Shown: one piece after another, positions 18,194-35,051 of the stretch | How positions within the stretch are numbered: the stretch's first letter is position 1 | Layout: every line of letters begins with the position of its first letter | Origin: the human T2T-CHM13v2.0 reference genome, Homo sapiens | DNA length: 64,000 nucleotides | Direction: 5' to 3' (one strand) | NCBI RefSeq assembly: GCF_009914755.1 | Contig: NC_060929.1 | Made by a program: the position numbers and the translations under genes | Notes under the pieces: generated by a model | The model's input: the letters and a program-made list of their open reading frames with translations, nothing else | What the model was told of the DNA's origin: nothing | The model's database searches: none

Positions 18194-20755
18194 TCATGCT
18201 GGCACCCCCACCCCAAATACAGTTGGGAGGAGGGAGGGGCTGGCAGGAGTGCAGGGTAGGACGGGGAACACTGGTCTGCGAGGGGATGGTCTAAGTCCCT
18301 GGAGATGGTCTCCAGGCCGTATCTGCCAGGTGTGACAACCGTGTCAGGCGGCCGGCTCGGGCATTGGTCACTGAGGTCTGCAGTAGCACCTCCTGCCTTG
18401 CCCCAAAGCCTCTGAACTCTCCACAAGTAGTGAGATGACCATGTCACTGCTGGGGCAGCCGCCTTCTCTCCCTGCCTGTGGCTGCAGACAGCCTTCTTCA
18501 GCCAGGCTTGCCCAGCCCAGCCCAGGAGGGTCCCACACACCTGGTTCCTCCACCCAGCTGGGCACGGCCTGGAGACCCCGTCCTCTTTCTTAGACACCTG
18601 AAGGAGTGGAGGTGCAGTCCCTGCGAGCACAGTCTAGCTCCTTGACATGTGCGTGGCCCCTGCAGACACGTGGGCTTCTTGCTGCCCACACCCCGCCCCC
18701 AGGCCTGGCTCTCACTGCCTGCCTCGCTGGGACACTCATTTCTGTAGCCAGGAATCTGCAGGGTTCCCTGCCTCCTTCATTTGGGTGGGGGCGTGCAGCC
18801 TTCCTGACTGTCCTATGCTGTGGCCTGCCCCTGCCTTGCTGTGTCTGTTTGCCCATCGTCCCCCTGGGCTGGGAGCCCCACGAGGGCAGTGCTGCCTCCT
18901 GCAGAGTTGCGCCCAGATGCCTACATGTCTGCTGCACACGTGAGGAAGCAGATGCCTCAGCCCCAGAGGGTGTGCTGGGGCCCCTGCAGGCACCTGTCTC
19001 TGTGGCCTGGACTCTGTATGGAGATGCTCCTCCTTTGGACAGGTGCCTGCCCCTGGTGCTGGGTGTGGCAGGCCAGAGATACACCACTGTGTCCCGGGAG
19101 AGGCACAGCCCTCGGGCAGAGACCAACAGAGAAGGGGAGGCAGGGGCCCATTCTCAACTTGGACATCACAGCAGGGGCCCGGGGGGAGTGCCTGGCCTGG
19201 GGTCGCAGAGTGAGGCAGGGCAGGGCAGGGGCGGAACTGAGGTGGTGCTGTCTGCATGGCTCTGGTCCTGAGTCTGCCACTTGCTGGATCTGAGACTCCT
19301 TCATTGCCTCAATGGAGATGACATGCACCTTGCAGCTGTCGTGAGGTTTAACCCGGACAGTGACAGCAGCGTGCTGGACACACTGCGGGTGCTTCGGAAG
19401 CCAAGGACCAGCCCATCTGTGTGTTTGCTAGACCGTCCACCCAGTCAGTGCTCGCCATCGTCATGTGCTGGTGCCATAGGAAGGGTGGGCACCACAGGAA
19501 GGGTGGGTGGCTGCCATAGGAAGAGAGCCAGATGTGGCAGGAGTGAGCCAGTGGAAAGCTGTTCTGAGAGGCAGCTGCCTGAGGACTGGGTAGACCCTGG
19601 ACGCAACAGAGCTGCCACCTGCCCAGAGCAGGCTCAGTAATGGTGGCCTTGGAGGGCAGGGGACAGGGCCCAGGGGTCTCCAGGAGCTGTACCCGTGAGT
19701 GAGGCTCCAGGATCTGCCAGTGCCCTCAGGACTCTGCCCCAAGGGCCTTGGCACTGACCAGGTGCCTTGGATGGACACCGAAGTCTGTGTCCTCAGTGGG
19801 AGGGTCACACTGGGCTCAGGGCCAGGACACCCTGGGCCTTCCATCCCAGGAGAGACGAGCCCCCAGCCAGTGCAAGGGGCCCTGGCTGAGGAAACCCTGG
19901 GCCTCTGCTTGCCCAGCTCCAGGAAAAGTTGCCCTGCCAGGAGGGAGGTGCCCAGGCTGAAGAGAAGGAGGCTCTTGGGCTAGCTCAGTGCAGAGACCCC
20001 TCCTGGGGAATTGGCGATCAGTTAGGAATACCCTTTCCTAGCCTCTGCTTCCTCGTCTATGCGATGGGGACTCAAAGTGTGACTGACTGTGGGTGAGCCA
20101 TGTGGATGACTCAGACGGCCTGAGGACGTGTTTGTGAGGGGTGCCATGCCCCCCCAGAGCCTGCAGGGAGTAGCCAGCGGAGACAGGGCCACCCCTGAGG
20201 CCTCCCTTCTCTGGGCCGCAGCACACGCTTGCAGATCGGGGATCTGCGGGGACTCCAGCAGCTTGTCGGCCTCCTGGAAGCTCTCTCGCTCGCTGCCGTG
20301 CAGCACAGGCCCAGCCCAGGCAATCTGTCAATTCCCTGTGGCATCTCCAAATTTCTGGACAGAAGGGTCCTGGGAGAGGCAGCCTCGCAAAAGGAGGCAT
20401 AGGGAACGCTAAGCCATTGCTGCAGGGCAGGCCCTGGAGATTCTGCAGGGCAGAGAGGGGCCCAGCGGTCAGGAGGCAGTTAGGAAAAGCCCCTCGCTGT
20501 GCCCACCACACCCACATGTAACAGAAGGCTAGTACTGAAACCTTTCACAGTGTGGCAGGAACAGACAGACCTTCCATCTGAAATATCACATTATGGGCGG
20601 GTTCCTTGGGGGGTCTCCTGAGAGAGGCCCCCGCCATGCCTGGTCTCCGTGTGCAGGTCCTGACGGGGAGGACGCTGCCCGTCTTCCCCTATGGTCTGTT
20701 TTGCCCCTGGACTTGGAAGGGTATCGGCGGGGTCGGGGAGGAGCCAGGGCTGTTA

Positions 20756-21302
<547 letters not shown>

Positions 21303-21354
21303 CTGCCCGCACCCAGGGAAGCCCCGCGTCAGCAGGCGGGCTCCTGCACAGCTA

Positions 21355-22694
<1,340 letters not shown>

Positions 22695-23066
22695 TCAGGT
22701 GGGCCCCAGGGCAGCCCATGGGGACTGTCCCTGAGAAGCCTCCCTCAGGCCGAGCCTCACCAGGTTTGTCTTACCCAGAGCATGGAACTGCCCAGGGTTT
22801 GGGCGCACACTACAGACCGTGCCCAGGGCAGGGCACTCCCCGACCCCCGGGCCTCTACCAGGCTCCCGGGGCTGGCCTGTGGACAAGCACAGGCCTTGGA
22901 TCACAGCTGGGAAGGTGGGGAGGTACCCATCTCTGGGGCCCCAGTGGGTGCTCCCAGGGTGGCTGGGAGTGGATGCAGATGACCTGGGAGGTGGCCTGGG
23001 GTCAGTGTGAGGTGTCAGGAGTGGGGTGCAGGGTGATGAGGCCCCATATGAAATGCTGATGGGGTG

Positions 23067-23653
<587 letters not shown>

Positions 23654-26267
23654 CTGGGGTGGGAGACAGGGTCAGCGTGGTGCTGGGCTGTGACTTGGCA
23701 CGACGTTGATGGGGCATGGCTGGGCATTCTGCATCGCAAGCGCAGACCCCTGCAGGGCCGGAGCAGCTCAGGTTCTCAGCCAGCACCCCCATGTGCGCCG
23801 TGAGCAGCACCAGCTCCCAGGCACCAAGACAGCCACGAACCTCTCCCACAGGCGCACCCTGCCTTGCCCCACAGCCCCCATCCTCAGCTACACACCGGCC
23901 CTGGACCTAACCCCAACCTCTGACCCCGGTGAGCTGAGCGGCTGGCATGAAGGAGCGGGGGAGGGGCGCTGGAGTGTGTCACCTCCACATCACGGCCCCT
24001 GCAGTGCTGCTGCCTGAGGCCCTCCCTCCTGAACTGCAGCCCTACACCCGCTGCTTCCCAGAGGGTCCGCACATCCCAGGTCCTCCCCGCACCACGCAGG
24101 CCTCGCCCCCTCCTGCCTGCTCTCTGCCAGGGGCCTCGCCCCCTCCTGCCTGCTCTCTGCCAGGGGCCTCGCCCCTTCCCAGGCCACGTGGTGTCACCTC
24201 ACAGGTGTCCTTTCGCTCCTCAGCTTCTCGCACCCTCACAGACCCTGCTGGCTGCCCCAGCCTCCTCCGGGCTCTCCCTGCCCGGGCCTCCCTAGACACC
24301 CCCAGGTCTTCTCACAGGGCTCTTCCTCAGACATACAAATAAACCCGCCTCATCTGGCTGAAACCCACCATCAGCCAGAGACTGTAGGCTGGCCGGGCTG
24401 GGCCTTCTGTCCTGCAGGACTCAGCCCTGCTGCCCCCACACCCTCCTCCCCGTGAGGTGGTGTGTGTGTGTGTGTGTGTGTGCACACGCGTGCCTCCATG
24501 TGCATCTGTAACTGTAGGCCTGGGTGTGTGAGTCTGTGTGTGCCTATGTCTGAGTGGTGTGTGTGGCTTCCTGCGTATGTGCAAACATGCATGCATGTTT
24601 GTGTATCTCGGACATGCTGGCGTGTGTTCACACATGAGTGTGTATGTGGTGGGATCCCGGTGTGGGTGGGAGCAGGCCCCAGGGGAGGTCTGGGTCTGGA
24701 ACTCTGGCAGATGCATCCTGCCGGGGCCATCCTGAGACAACAGGAAGGGAGGGCTGCATGGCCAGAGGCCCAGGGCTGCGTCCTGTCCCTCCCCCAGGTC
24801 CCTGTCCTCCTGGGGGCACAGCCCACTCTTCTGCCCCCAGGCCCCTCCCGTCCAACACGTCCCTTGGGGTTTGAGGCAGCAGTAGTCTAGCTCCCTGAGG
24901 CCCCAGGGTCCCGCCCTGAAGCTAACGGGGGTGGGGTGGAGCCCAGGGAATCCTTGACCCCAAGCCACCCTGGGACGCAGCACCAGGACGGCACCTGCTG
25001 CACACCAAGATCTCATTTCGGCCTCACACGGGCAATGTGGTCACCGGTCAATGATCTCTGGCCTCTCCCTTCTTCTATCCCTCTCTCCTGGCCAAACCCT
25101 TCCAGGCACCACTTCACTACGGGTCCAGAGCAGGAAGGGCCTTAAACCACACATCCAGACCCACTGTACAGACTGGGACACTGAGGCCCTCCAGCCACCC
25201 TCAGAAGGCAGCGCCTCGCCTGTCTGCTGCTGTGACTACCACCGAGTCTTTGCTTTGCCAGCCCTCCCTTGGGGCCCCGAGGTGGAAGGGGGTTGTGGGC
25301 TCTGCAGCCCCTTCCCCTTGGGGGGTGCCAAGCCCTCACATGCACCACAGCGGGGCCTGGGCACTGGCAGCCCGTAGCTTGCACCCCTGGGGCTGCCATG
25401 AGAGGAGTCTGGGCCAGGGGCTGGGGGATCCCTGCAGTGAGGTGGCTCCCCTCAGGTGGTGAGGGGCTAAGAAGGAATCCCTCTGAGCTGGGCTTTGAAG
25501 GAGGGGGATTTTTTTTCCAGGTAGTGGAAAGTAAGTCCATGCCAGGAAGACAGCTGGGCATGTATGTGGGCACCGGAGTGGGTGGTGGTCTGTCCTCAGA
25601 GCTACAGAGGAGGGATGATGAGCATGGGGCTAGACCTGTCCGGATGAATACACTCTACCTTCCCAGTGGACCTAGCGGGAGGTCAGGAGACCAGGCTCGA
25701 GGCCAGTGTCCACCTGCCCAGCCCCATGACTGCAGGAGAGAGAACATCCCGCCACCCCTACTGAGGTCTGGAGTGTTGAGCTGGTGGCCCCCTTCTCAGG
25801 AGTGCACATCCAGCAGACACCTTCCAGCTCCACCGTGCGGCAGCTGTCAGCCCAGCTTCCTCTGATGGCTCCCCTCTGTTCCCAAGATAAAGCAAGGTGG
25901 GCTGGGCCTCTGCCCTCCAGCCACTGCCTCTCTCCAGCTTCCTCTCCTAGGAGGCATGGACCTCCTCCTCCCATCCTCCCAAAGTGCCTGTTGTTTTCCT
26001 GTCTTGAACACTTGTCCTTTTTCCTGGGACATCCCTCCTTCCTTCTTTCCCTCCCGAGGGCCTCCCTCTTTAGGGTCTAGTTCAGACGCCCTCATCACTC
26101 AGGCAGCATCAGCCTCCTCCTCTTCGAGCTTCTGCTAGAACACAACCAGACTGAACTGTGGTTTTATGATCACATCTGAACAGAGGCTCAATTTTATTCA
26201 TCTTCCTAAGCCCAAGACAGAGATGTGCAAAGGAGATTCAACGGGTGGATATAAGAAAGGTTGGATG

Positions 26268-26560
26268 GGCCAGGCGTGGTGGCTCACGCCTGTCATCCCA
26301 GCACTTTGGGAGGCTGAGGCGGGTGGGTCACAAGGTCAGGAGATTGAGACCATCCTGGCTAACACGGTGAAATCCCGTCTCTACTAAAAATACAAAAAAT
26401 TAGCTGGGCATGGTGGCGGGCGCCCAGCTAACTTGGGAGGCTGAGGCGGGAGAATGGCGTGAAGCCGGGAGGCGGAGCTTGCAGTGAGTGGAGATCGCAC
26501 CACTGCACTCCAGCCTGGGCGACAGAGCAAGACTCCGTCTCAAAAAAAAAAAAAAAAAAA
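26268..26560 (+). mobile_element. Alu, intron 1, abutting the GGAT/GGGT repeat
   Basis: Alu consensus with small internal deletion and A-tail. Confidence 0.93.
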
Positions 26561-26569
26561 GAATGGTCA

Positions 26570-28890
26570 GATGGATGATGGATGGAAACGGGATGGATGA
26601 ATGATGAATCGCCAGATGAATAAATGGACGGATGAGTGGACAGACAGATGGGTGGGTAGGTGGGTGGGTGGGAGGATGGATGCATGGATGGATGGAAGTA
26701 TGGGTGGATGGGTGGGTGGGTGGATGCATGGATGGATGGAAGTATGGGTGGATGGGTGGGTGGGTGGGTGGATGGATGCATGGAGGGAAGTATGGGTGGA
26801 TGGGTGGGTGGGTGGGTGGGTGGGTGGATGGATGCATGGATGGACGGAAGTATGGGTGGATGGGTGAATGGGTGGGTGGGTGGGTGGATGGATGGATGGA
26901 AGTATGGGTGGATGGGTGGGTGGGTGGGTGGATGGATGCATGGATGGAAGTATGGGTGGGTGGGTGGATGGATGGATGGATGGAAGTATGGGTGGATGGG
27001 TGGGTGGATGGATGGATGGATGGAAGTATGGGTGGAGGGGTGGGTGGATGGATGCATGGATGGATGGAAGTATGGGTGGATGGGTGGGTGGGTGGGTGGG
27101 TGGATGGATGCATGGATGGAAGTATGGGTGGGTGGGTGGGTGGATGGATGGATGGAAGTATGGGTGGATGGGTGGGTGGATGGATGGATGGATGGAAGTA
27201 TGGGTGGAGGGGTGGGTGGATGGATGCATGGATGGATGGAAGTATGGGTGGATGGGTGGGTGGGTGGATGGATGGATGGAAGTATGGGTGGATGGGTGGA
27301 TGGATGCATGGATGGATGGAAGTATGGGTGGATGGGTGGGTGGGTGGATGGATGGATGGAAGTATGGGTGGATGGGTGGGTGGGTGGATGGATGGATGGA
27401 TGGAAGTATGGGTGGATGGGAGGGTGGGTGGATGGATGGATGGATGGAAGTATGGGTGGATGGGTGGGTGGGTGGATGGATGGATGGATGGAAGTATGGG
27501 TGGATGGGAGGGTGGGTGGATGGATGGATGGAAGTATGGGTGGATGGGTGGGTGGGTGGGTGGATGGAAGTATGGGTGGATGGGAGGGTGGGTGGATGCA
27601 TGGATGGATGGAAGTATGGGTGGATGGATGGGTGGGTGGGTGGATGGATGCATGGATGGATGGAAGTATGGGTGGATGGGTGGGTGGATGGAAGTATGGG
27701 TGGATGGGTGGATGGGTGGGTGGGTGGGTGGATGGATGCATGGATGGATGGAAGTATGGGTGGATGGGTGGGTGGACGGATGGATGGATGGAAGTATGGG
27801 TGGATGGGTGGGTGGGTGGATGCATGGATGGATGGAAGTATGGGTGGATGGGTGGGTGGACGGATGGATGGATGAAGTATGGGTGGATGGGTGGGTGGGT
27901 GGATGCATGGATGGATGGAAGTATGGGTGGATGGGTGGGTGGGTGGGTGGATGGATGCATGGATGGATGGAAGTATGGGTGGATGGGTGGGTGGACGGAT
28001 GGATGGATGGAAGTATGGGTGGATGGGTGGGTGGGTGGATGCATGGATGGATGGAAGTATGGGTGGATGGGTGGGTGGGTGGGTGGATGGATGCATGGAT
28101 GCATGGAAGTATGGGTGGATGGGTGGGTGAGTGGGTGGATGGAAGTATGGGTGGATGGGTGGGTGGATGGGTGGATGGATGCATGTATGGAAGTATGGAT
28201 GGATGAGTGGATGGGTGGGTGGGTGGATGCATAGATGGATGGAAGTATGGGTGGATGGGTGGGTGGGTGGGTGGATGGATGCATGGATGGAAGTAAGGGT
28301 GGATGGGTGGATGGGTGGGTGAGTGGGTGGATGCATGGATGGATGGAAGTATGGGTGGATGGGTGGGTGGGTGGGTGGATGGATGCATGGATGGAAGTAA
28401 GGGTGGATGGGTGGATGGGTGGGTGAGTGGGTGGATGCATGGATGGATGGAAGTATGGGTGGATGGGTGGATGGGTGGGTGGGTAGGTGGATGGATGCAT
28501 GGATTGAAGTATGGGTGGATGGGTGGGTGGGTGGGTGGGTGGATGGATGGATGCATGGATGGAAGTACGGGTGGATGGGTGGATGGGTGGGTGGGTGGGG
28601 GGATGGATGGATGCATGGATGGAAGTATGGGTCAATGGGTGGATGGGTGGGTGGGTGGGTGGATGGATGCATGGATGGAAGTATGGGTGGATGGGTGGGT
28701 GGATGGATGGATGGGAGTATGGGTGGATGGGTGGGTGGGTGGGTGGATGGATGGATGGACGGATGGAAGTATGGGTGGATGGGTGGGTGGGTGGATGGAT
28801 GAATGGGTGGGTGGAAGGATGAATGGATGGATGGGTGGAAGAGTGGGTGGACAGGTGAAAGGTAAGTGGATGGGTGAAGGGTGGATGGGG
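26570..28890. repeat. 2.3-kb complex (GGAT/GGGT)n repeat with recurring GGAAGTATGGGTGGAT and GCAT variants, intron 1
   Basis: Direct inspection; source of the H/P- and W/G-rich ORFs. Confidence 0.95.
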
Positions 28891-29858
28891 AGAGGAGTCT
28901 GTAGGAGCTTCCTCCTGAAGGCACCGTGCCACCAAAGGAAGCACCTGCATCACTGCTGAGCAGGACCATCCATCGCGCTTGCCAACCCTTTTGCCCATCC
29001 ACGCAAGCTTTTTCATGACATGTCTCCTTTTTCATGACATACCATAACTTATTCCAGTGACCCCTCTGCCTTTACCAACCTTCCACTGTGCCCTGTGTGA
29101 TCGGCAAACTTTGCTGTAGACCTCACTGTCCACTCCGAATGTCCCTTCCTGCCTTATGTGAAGCCTGGCTTTCTGGCCACGGCACTGGCCCTGGGCGGTT
29201 ACTGCCCTCCACCCCACATGCCTGAACTCCTCGCAGCCACCTGCCCTCCCTACAGCAGTCCCTCTGAGGGTCCTGCTCTTTGGCGGCACCGCCCTCTTCC
29301 CCATTAAAGCTGTCATCAGCTGCACCCCCCCGTCACTTCCCCTCATTCTCTGCTGACCGTAGCTCCTGGCTCACCATCCCCCCCACCCCAGCTCCTGCCC
29401 TTCTCCATGACTTCACCATCCACAGGGCTGACTCACCAGCACCCTGGCCTCTGAGATCCCCCCTGCACGGCCCTCACATCTTCTCCTCCTGAATCACTCA
29501 GTTCTGTGGGCGCATCCTGGACCTGGTCATCACCAGAGACCGCGCCATCCCGGAACACCTGTCTTCTATGTCTCTCTCCCTGCTTCCCCTGTTCTTGATC
29601 CACATCCTTCAGCCTCATCAAAGCCCCCACTGCTTCCTCCCCACCCCTCGGTGCCCTCCCGGTGCTGCCCCGTCCTGGTGCGTGGGGTCCGCAGCCGCCT
29701 CTCTGCATGCTCCCTCCCCTCTTGTCCTGCATCCCAACCCTGAGACAGCATGCATTCCAAACAGCACAACACTGGCAGCACAAGGCCCCCACAGGAGCTC
29801 CTCCCCCCCATTTTCCTGGGTGCACACAGTTCAGGGTGCTCCTCCCCTCTCACTCTCA

Positions 29859-30654
<796 letters not shown>

Positions 30655-31619
30655 CCATCTCCCATCTTAAAAACAAAACAAAATAATTACTTGGTTCCAC
30701 ACTCTCTTCCAGCCACTGCCCCTTTTCCTATCCCCCTTCATGGCCACAGCTGTTCACTGTCCCCTCTGCTAGTCTCCCCTCATCCACCAATGGAGTGCAG
30801 CTCCTTCACTTCACAGAGCCACTGGGCGGGGCTCTTATGACCTCCAGGCTGCAGACCTAGTGGGCACACAGGATAGGGAGCCGCGCATGCTCTCCCCTGG
30901 GCAGCATCTGTGACCTACCTCTCCCCAGTTCCCCTCTGCCCAACACACAGTGCTGGCCACCGCCGTCTCTCTGGAGTCCAGACACCTCCCAGGTCTCTAG
31001 CTCCAGCCAGGACTACTGTTTGCAACTTCAGTTTTAAGCATCCAGCTGCCCACTGGACTTGGGACACCCCACAGACAACCCGCAGTCTACGTTTCCGATG
31101 CTAAACTGCAGACGTGCACCCCCTCCAGCCCCACCAAAGGCTCCTCCCTCGATAGCTCCCTCTCCCCAGATCCTCTCCCAGCCCATCCGTTGGCCAGACC
31201 ACTGAAGCCTGTCAGGCTGGATGCACCTTAGGGCCCGCCCCTGCTCTCTCACTGGGGCCAGCACAGCTGCACGCACCCCAGAGTGGCTTCTGGGGCCCGC
31301 TCTTGTCGTCCTCCAGGCCTGCCTCTGGGCCCCGCTCCCTGCAGTGAGTGACACTTTAAAAAGCACAGGCCTGATCACACTTGTGCTTCAATCTCGCCGG
31401 TGCACTGGATTCCCCTGCACTCCCAAGAAAATCCAAACTCCTGGTCCCTGTCCCTGTCTCCACACCCTCGTGGTTCATCCCCTTCACATTCACGTCCTCC
31501 AGCCACTGTTGCCTCCAGATTGCTCTGTGCCCCCAGGCTGACTTCTCACGCTAAGGACTCAGCTTAGACACGGCCTCCTCACCCCTACAAAATGGCTCCA
31601 TCCTAGCCTCCTGGCTGCT

Positions 31620-31812
31620 TACGGCATCTTTCCTGTCCCAACTTGGAATTATTTATTTATGTGTTTGTTTGTTTAAGTTATATCTGTCCATGTCCTCCAA
31701 TAGGCAGTAAGTTTCAATGGGGTAAGGACCAAGACAGCTCTTTCTTACCCCACCCCATGCTTCCCACAGCACCTGGCACAGAGTAAAGTCTCAGTGAACA
31801 CTCGTTGAATGA
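31620..31812 (+). mobile_element. L2 3' end remnant (more diverged L2-like sequence probably extends back towards ~29000)
   Basis: CAGCACCTGGCACAGAGTAA...GTTGAATGAA resembles the L2 terminus. Confidence 0.55.
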
Positions 31813-31819
31813 AAAAAAT

Positions 31820-32300
31820 GGAGGGATGGAAGAAGTATGGATGGATGGGTGGGTGGGTGGGTAGGTGGGTAGATGGGTGCAAGGGTAGATGGATGGATGG
31901 GTAGGTAGGTGGATAGGTGGACGCATGGATGGATGGATGAATGGATGGATGGATGCATGGGTGGGTGGAGGAGTGGATGGGTGGGTGAGTAGAAGGATGG
32001 ATGGGTGGATGGATGGACAGACAGATGAATGGATGGATGGACAGGTAGATGAGTGGATGGGTGGATGGATGGATGGATGGATGGATGGATGGATGGATGA
32101 GTGGATAAAAAGATGGATCAACAGATGGAAGGATGCATGGATGGGTAGATTGAACAGAAGGATGGATGGACGGGCAGATGGAAGGATGAACGAATGGCTG
32201 GATGGAAGGATGAATGGATGGTGGAAAGGTGGGCATGTGGGTGAAGCATGGATGGGTGGATGGTTAGATGGTTGGATGGATGGAAAGTAGATGGATGGAT
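31820..32300. repeat. Degenerate (GGAT)n repeat, intron 1
   Basis: Direct inspection; follows an L2-like 3' end (...GTTGAATGAA). Confidence 0.9.
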
Positions 32301-34616
32301 GGCTCAACAGACCTCTGAAACCTCAGAGACTCTTGTCAGACCCTGTTGTTCCACTGGAAAAGATGCTTCCTGTTTTATAGGATGGGCTCCCTGGGCAGAT
32401 TCAGGCCTGCAGCCTGCCACGTCCAGAGGCTCTGTGACTGCCCAGCCCCCACCTGCAGCCCTGAAGAAGGCGCATCCTTCCTGCCTGGCTGTTGTCTGTC
32501 TCTGCTGTCCTTCCCTTCCCGCAGCAGGAAGCACTGTCATCCTGGCCTCTGCTGCGCTCCCCCTGCCTTCCTGTTCCTGGCCCGGGAACTGGCTTCTTCC
32601 TTCCCTGAGGCCCCGCAAAGCCCTGGCTCCCAAGCCTGCAGCAGCGTGGTTGGGGCAGGCACCGGGTGGAGGTCAGAAAGGCCAGAATGCATACCTCCTC
32701 TTCTCTGTACTGTCAGCAGCCCCAGGACACCCTCCGTCCTCGGGCCACGGGGCCTTGGCGTCAGCCACAGGCGTGGCAGGCGTGGGAGCAGCACAGGAGG
32801 GTCCTGCACCTCCCCTGGGCAGTGCTGGCACCCCTCCATGAGGGCCAGGCAGGGTGGGGGAACGTCCCATGGGTTAGGCACTAGCAGCGAGCGAGGTGGG
32901 GGGCAGCCGGCCGGCTGCGACTGCCTCATTTGATCCTCACAGCAGCCTGGGAGGGAGGGCTCAACAGCCAGGTCAGCGAGTGAGGAAACTGAGGCGCCAG
33001 GCCTCACAGCAGCAGGTGGCCACGTGGGAGCCCAGTCTGGCTGAGTCCAGGTCGGTCCCTGCCCCAGGACCAGGCTCCCCTCCAAAGGCCGGGGGCAGAG
33101 GCTTAGGCCAGACCCCAGCCCGCCCTTCCTCCTAGCCCCTAGCATGAAGCCTCAGAGACCCCTGCAGGCAGGAAGGCCCACGTAGGAGGCACATGGCTGC
33201 CTGGGCCCTGTGCCCCAGTGGCCTCCACCACACCCCTCCTTGGGGCCTGGCCTCCATCTGGCTTCATGCCCTAGTTGGCTGAGGGCAAAGCCCTTTAAGC
33301 TAATGATGCCGTTTTTTTCAAAAGCTTCTTTCCTGAAAACGGAGGGAAAACCCAGCCCAGCCCAGTGAGAGCTGCTGGGAGAGCCAGCCTTGCTTTCCTC
33401 CCATGATGTGGGAGTCGGCCCCTCCCTCGGCTCCACACCTGCGTGTCCTGCGTCCCTTGTTCTGTACAGAACCCATATTTTCTCATCAAATCCTCTCTGG
33501 GCCCACCAGGATGGGACTGAGATGGGCTGGCTGTGCCATACCCTGGTGGGACAGGGTCCCGGCCCTCTCTACGGGGCAGTGTGGGTGAGCGCTGGCCTTA
33601 GCTGGTTTCTGGGAGCTGCTCTCCGAATGATGGCTGAGTCCACAGGGCATGGCTGGGCCCAGGTCCTGGTGCAGAGGTGAAGGGGCCGGCATGAGAGATT
33701 GAGGGTAGAACTAGCTGCATCCTCGCAGCCCTGCCCTCGCCTTGCCATCTCTCTCAACCATCACCCTGAGCACCAGCCTCCCAGGCCCCTGCTCTCCAGC
33801 AGGCTCCTCCCTGCCCGGTTGGGCTGTGTCCTCTGTCCTCCCTCGTCCTCTGTGCCCGGCAAACTGCTGCCCCCAGCTGAGCATGTCATCCCCACTCTGG
33901 CCTTGACCCACAGCACGTGGAGGGTCCGAGTCATCAAGCGGCTCCTGGGCCGGGGTGTCATCAGCCCATGGCTCTGTCCCCAGGCCCAACACAGCCGGCA
34001 CAGGGATGGCACTGGGATTATCCATCAGCTTGGGGCCCCTCCACATTGGCAGAGAGCATGGCCCTGCGGTGGCCACCCTGGGCCTGGCCCTACTTCTCCC
34101 TCTCCCTGGGGTGCTTGGGAAGACGGGGACTGTGTGGCAGGCCTGCCAGCTGGACACACACTTTCTGGGCAGCTGAGCCCAGGAGGACAAAGGCAGCCAG
34201 AAGCCAGGCTGCAGACTGGAGGGAGCTGGCGGGGAGCAACGGAGCTGCTGGCTGAGCTGGGGTTGGGCAGAGGGGGTCACCTGCACCCTCTCTTCACTCC
34301 TGGGGCCAGGCCTCTGCAGGGACCTGGGGGGAGGCAGCAGGAGCGTCCTGTCTGGTGGCCCCTGCTAACCTGGCCAGCAGCCCCTGTGCCTTCAGAGCTT
34401 AAGGGGCTGTCGGTCCTCACTGCACATCCTGCAGGTCTGAGAGAGCTGAGCCCGCATGCCCGGCTGGGCACCCCGCACTGCCGCTCTTTGCTGTATGGTC
34501 TTGGGCAAATCACTTCCTCTCTCCAAGCCCCAGTCTTCCCACTTGTGAGATGTGGATTGGCCCTAGGATGACTGGGAACTACAGACCACAAACAACATGG
34601 TTAAGAATAAACTGTC

Positions 34617-35051
<435 letters not shown>

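Noticed and set aside
26400-29035. 738-862-aa His/Pro-rich and 524-aa Trp/Gly-rich ORFs
   Set aside because: Translations of the (GGAT/GGGT)n repeat, not genes.
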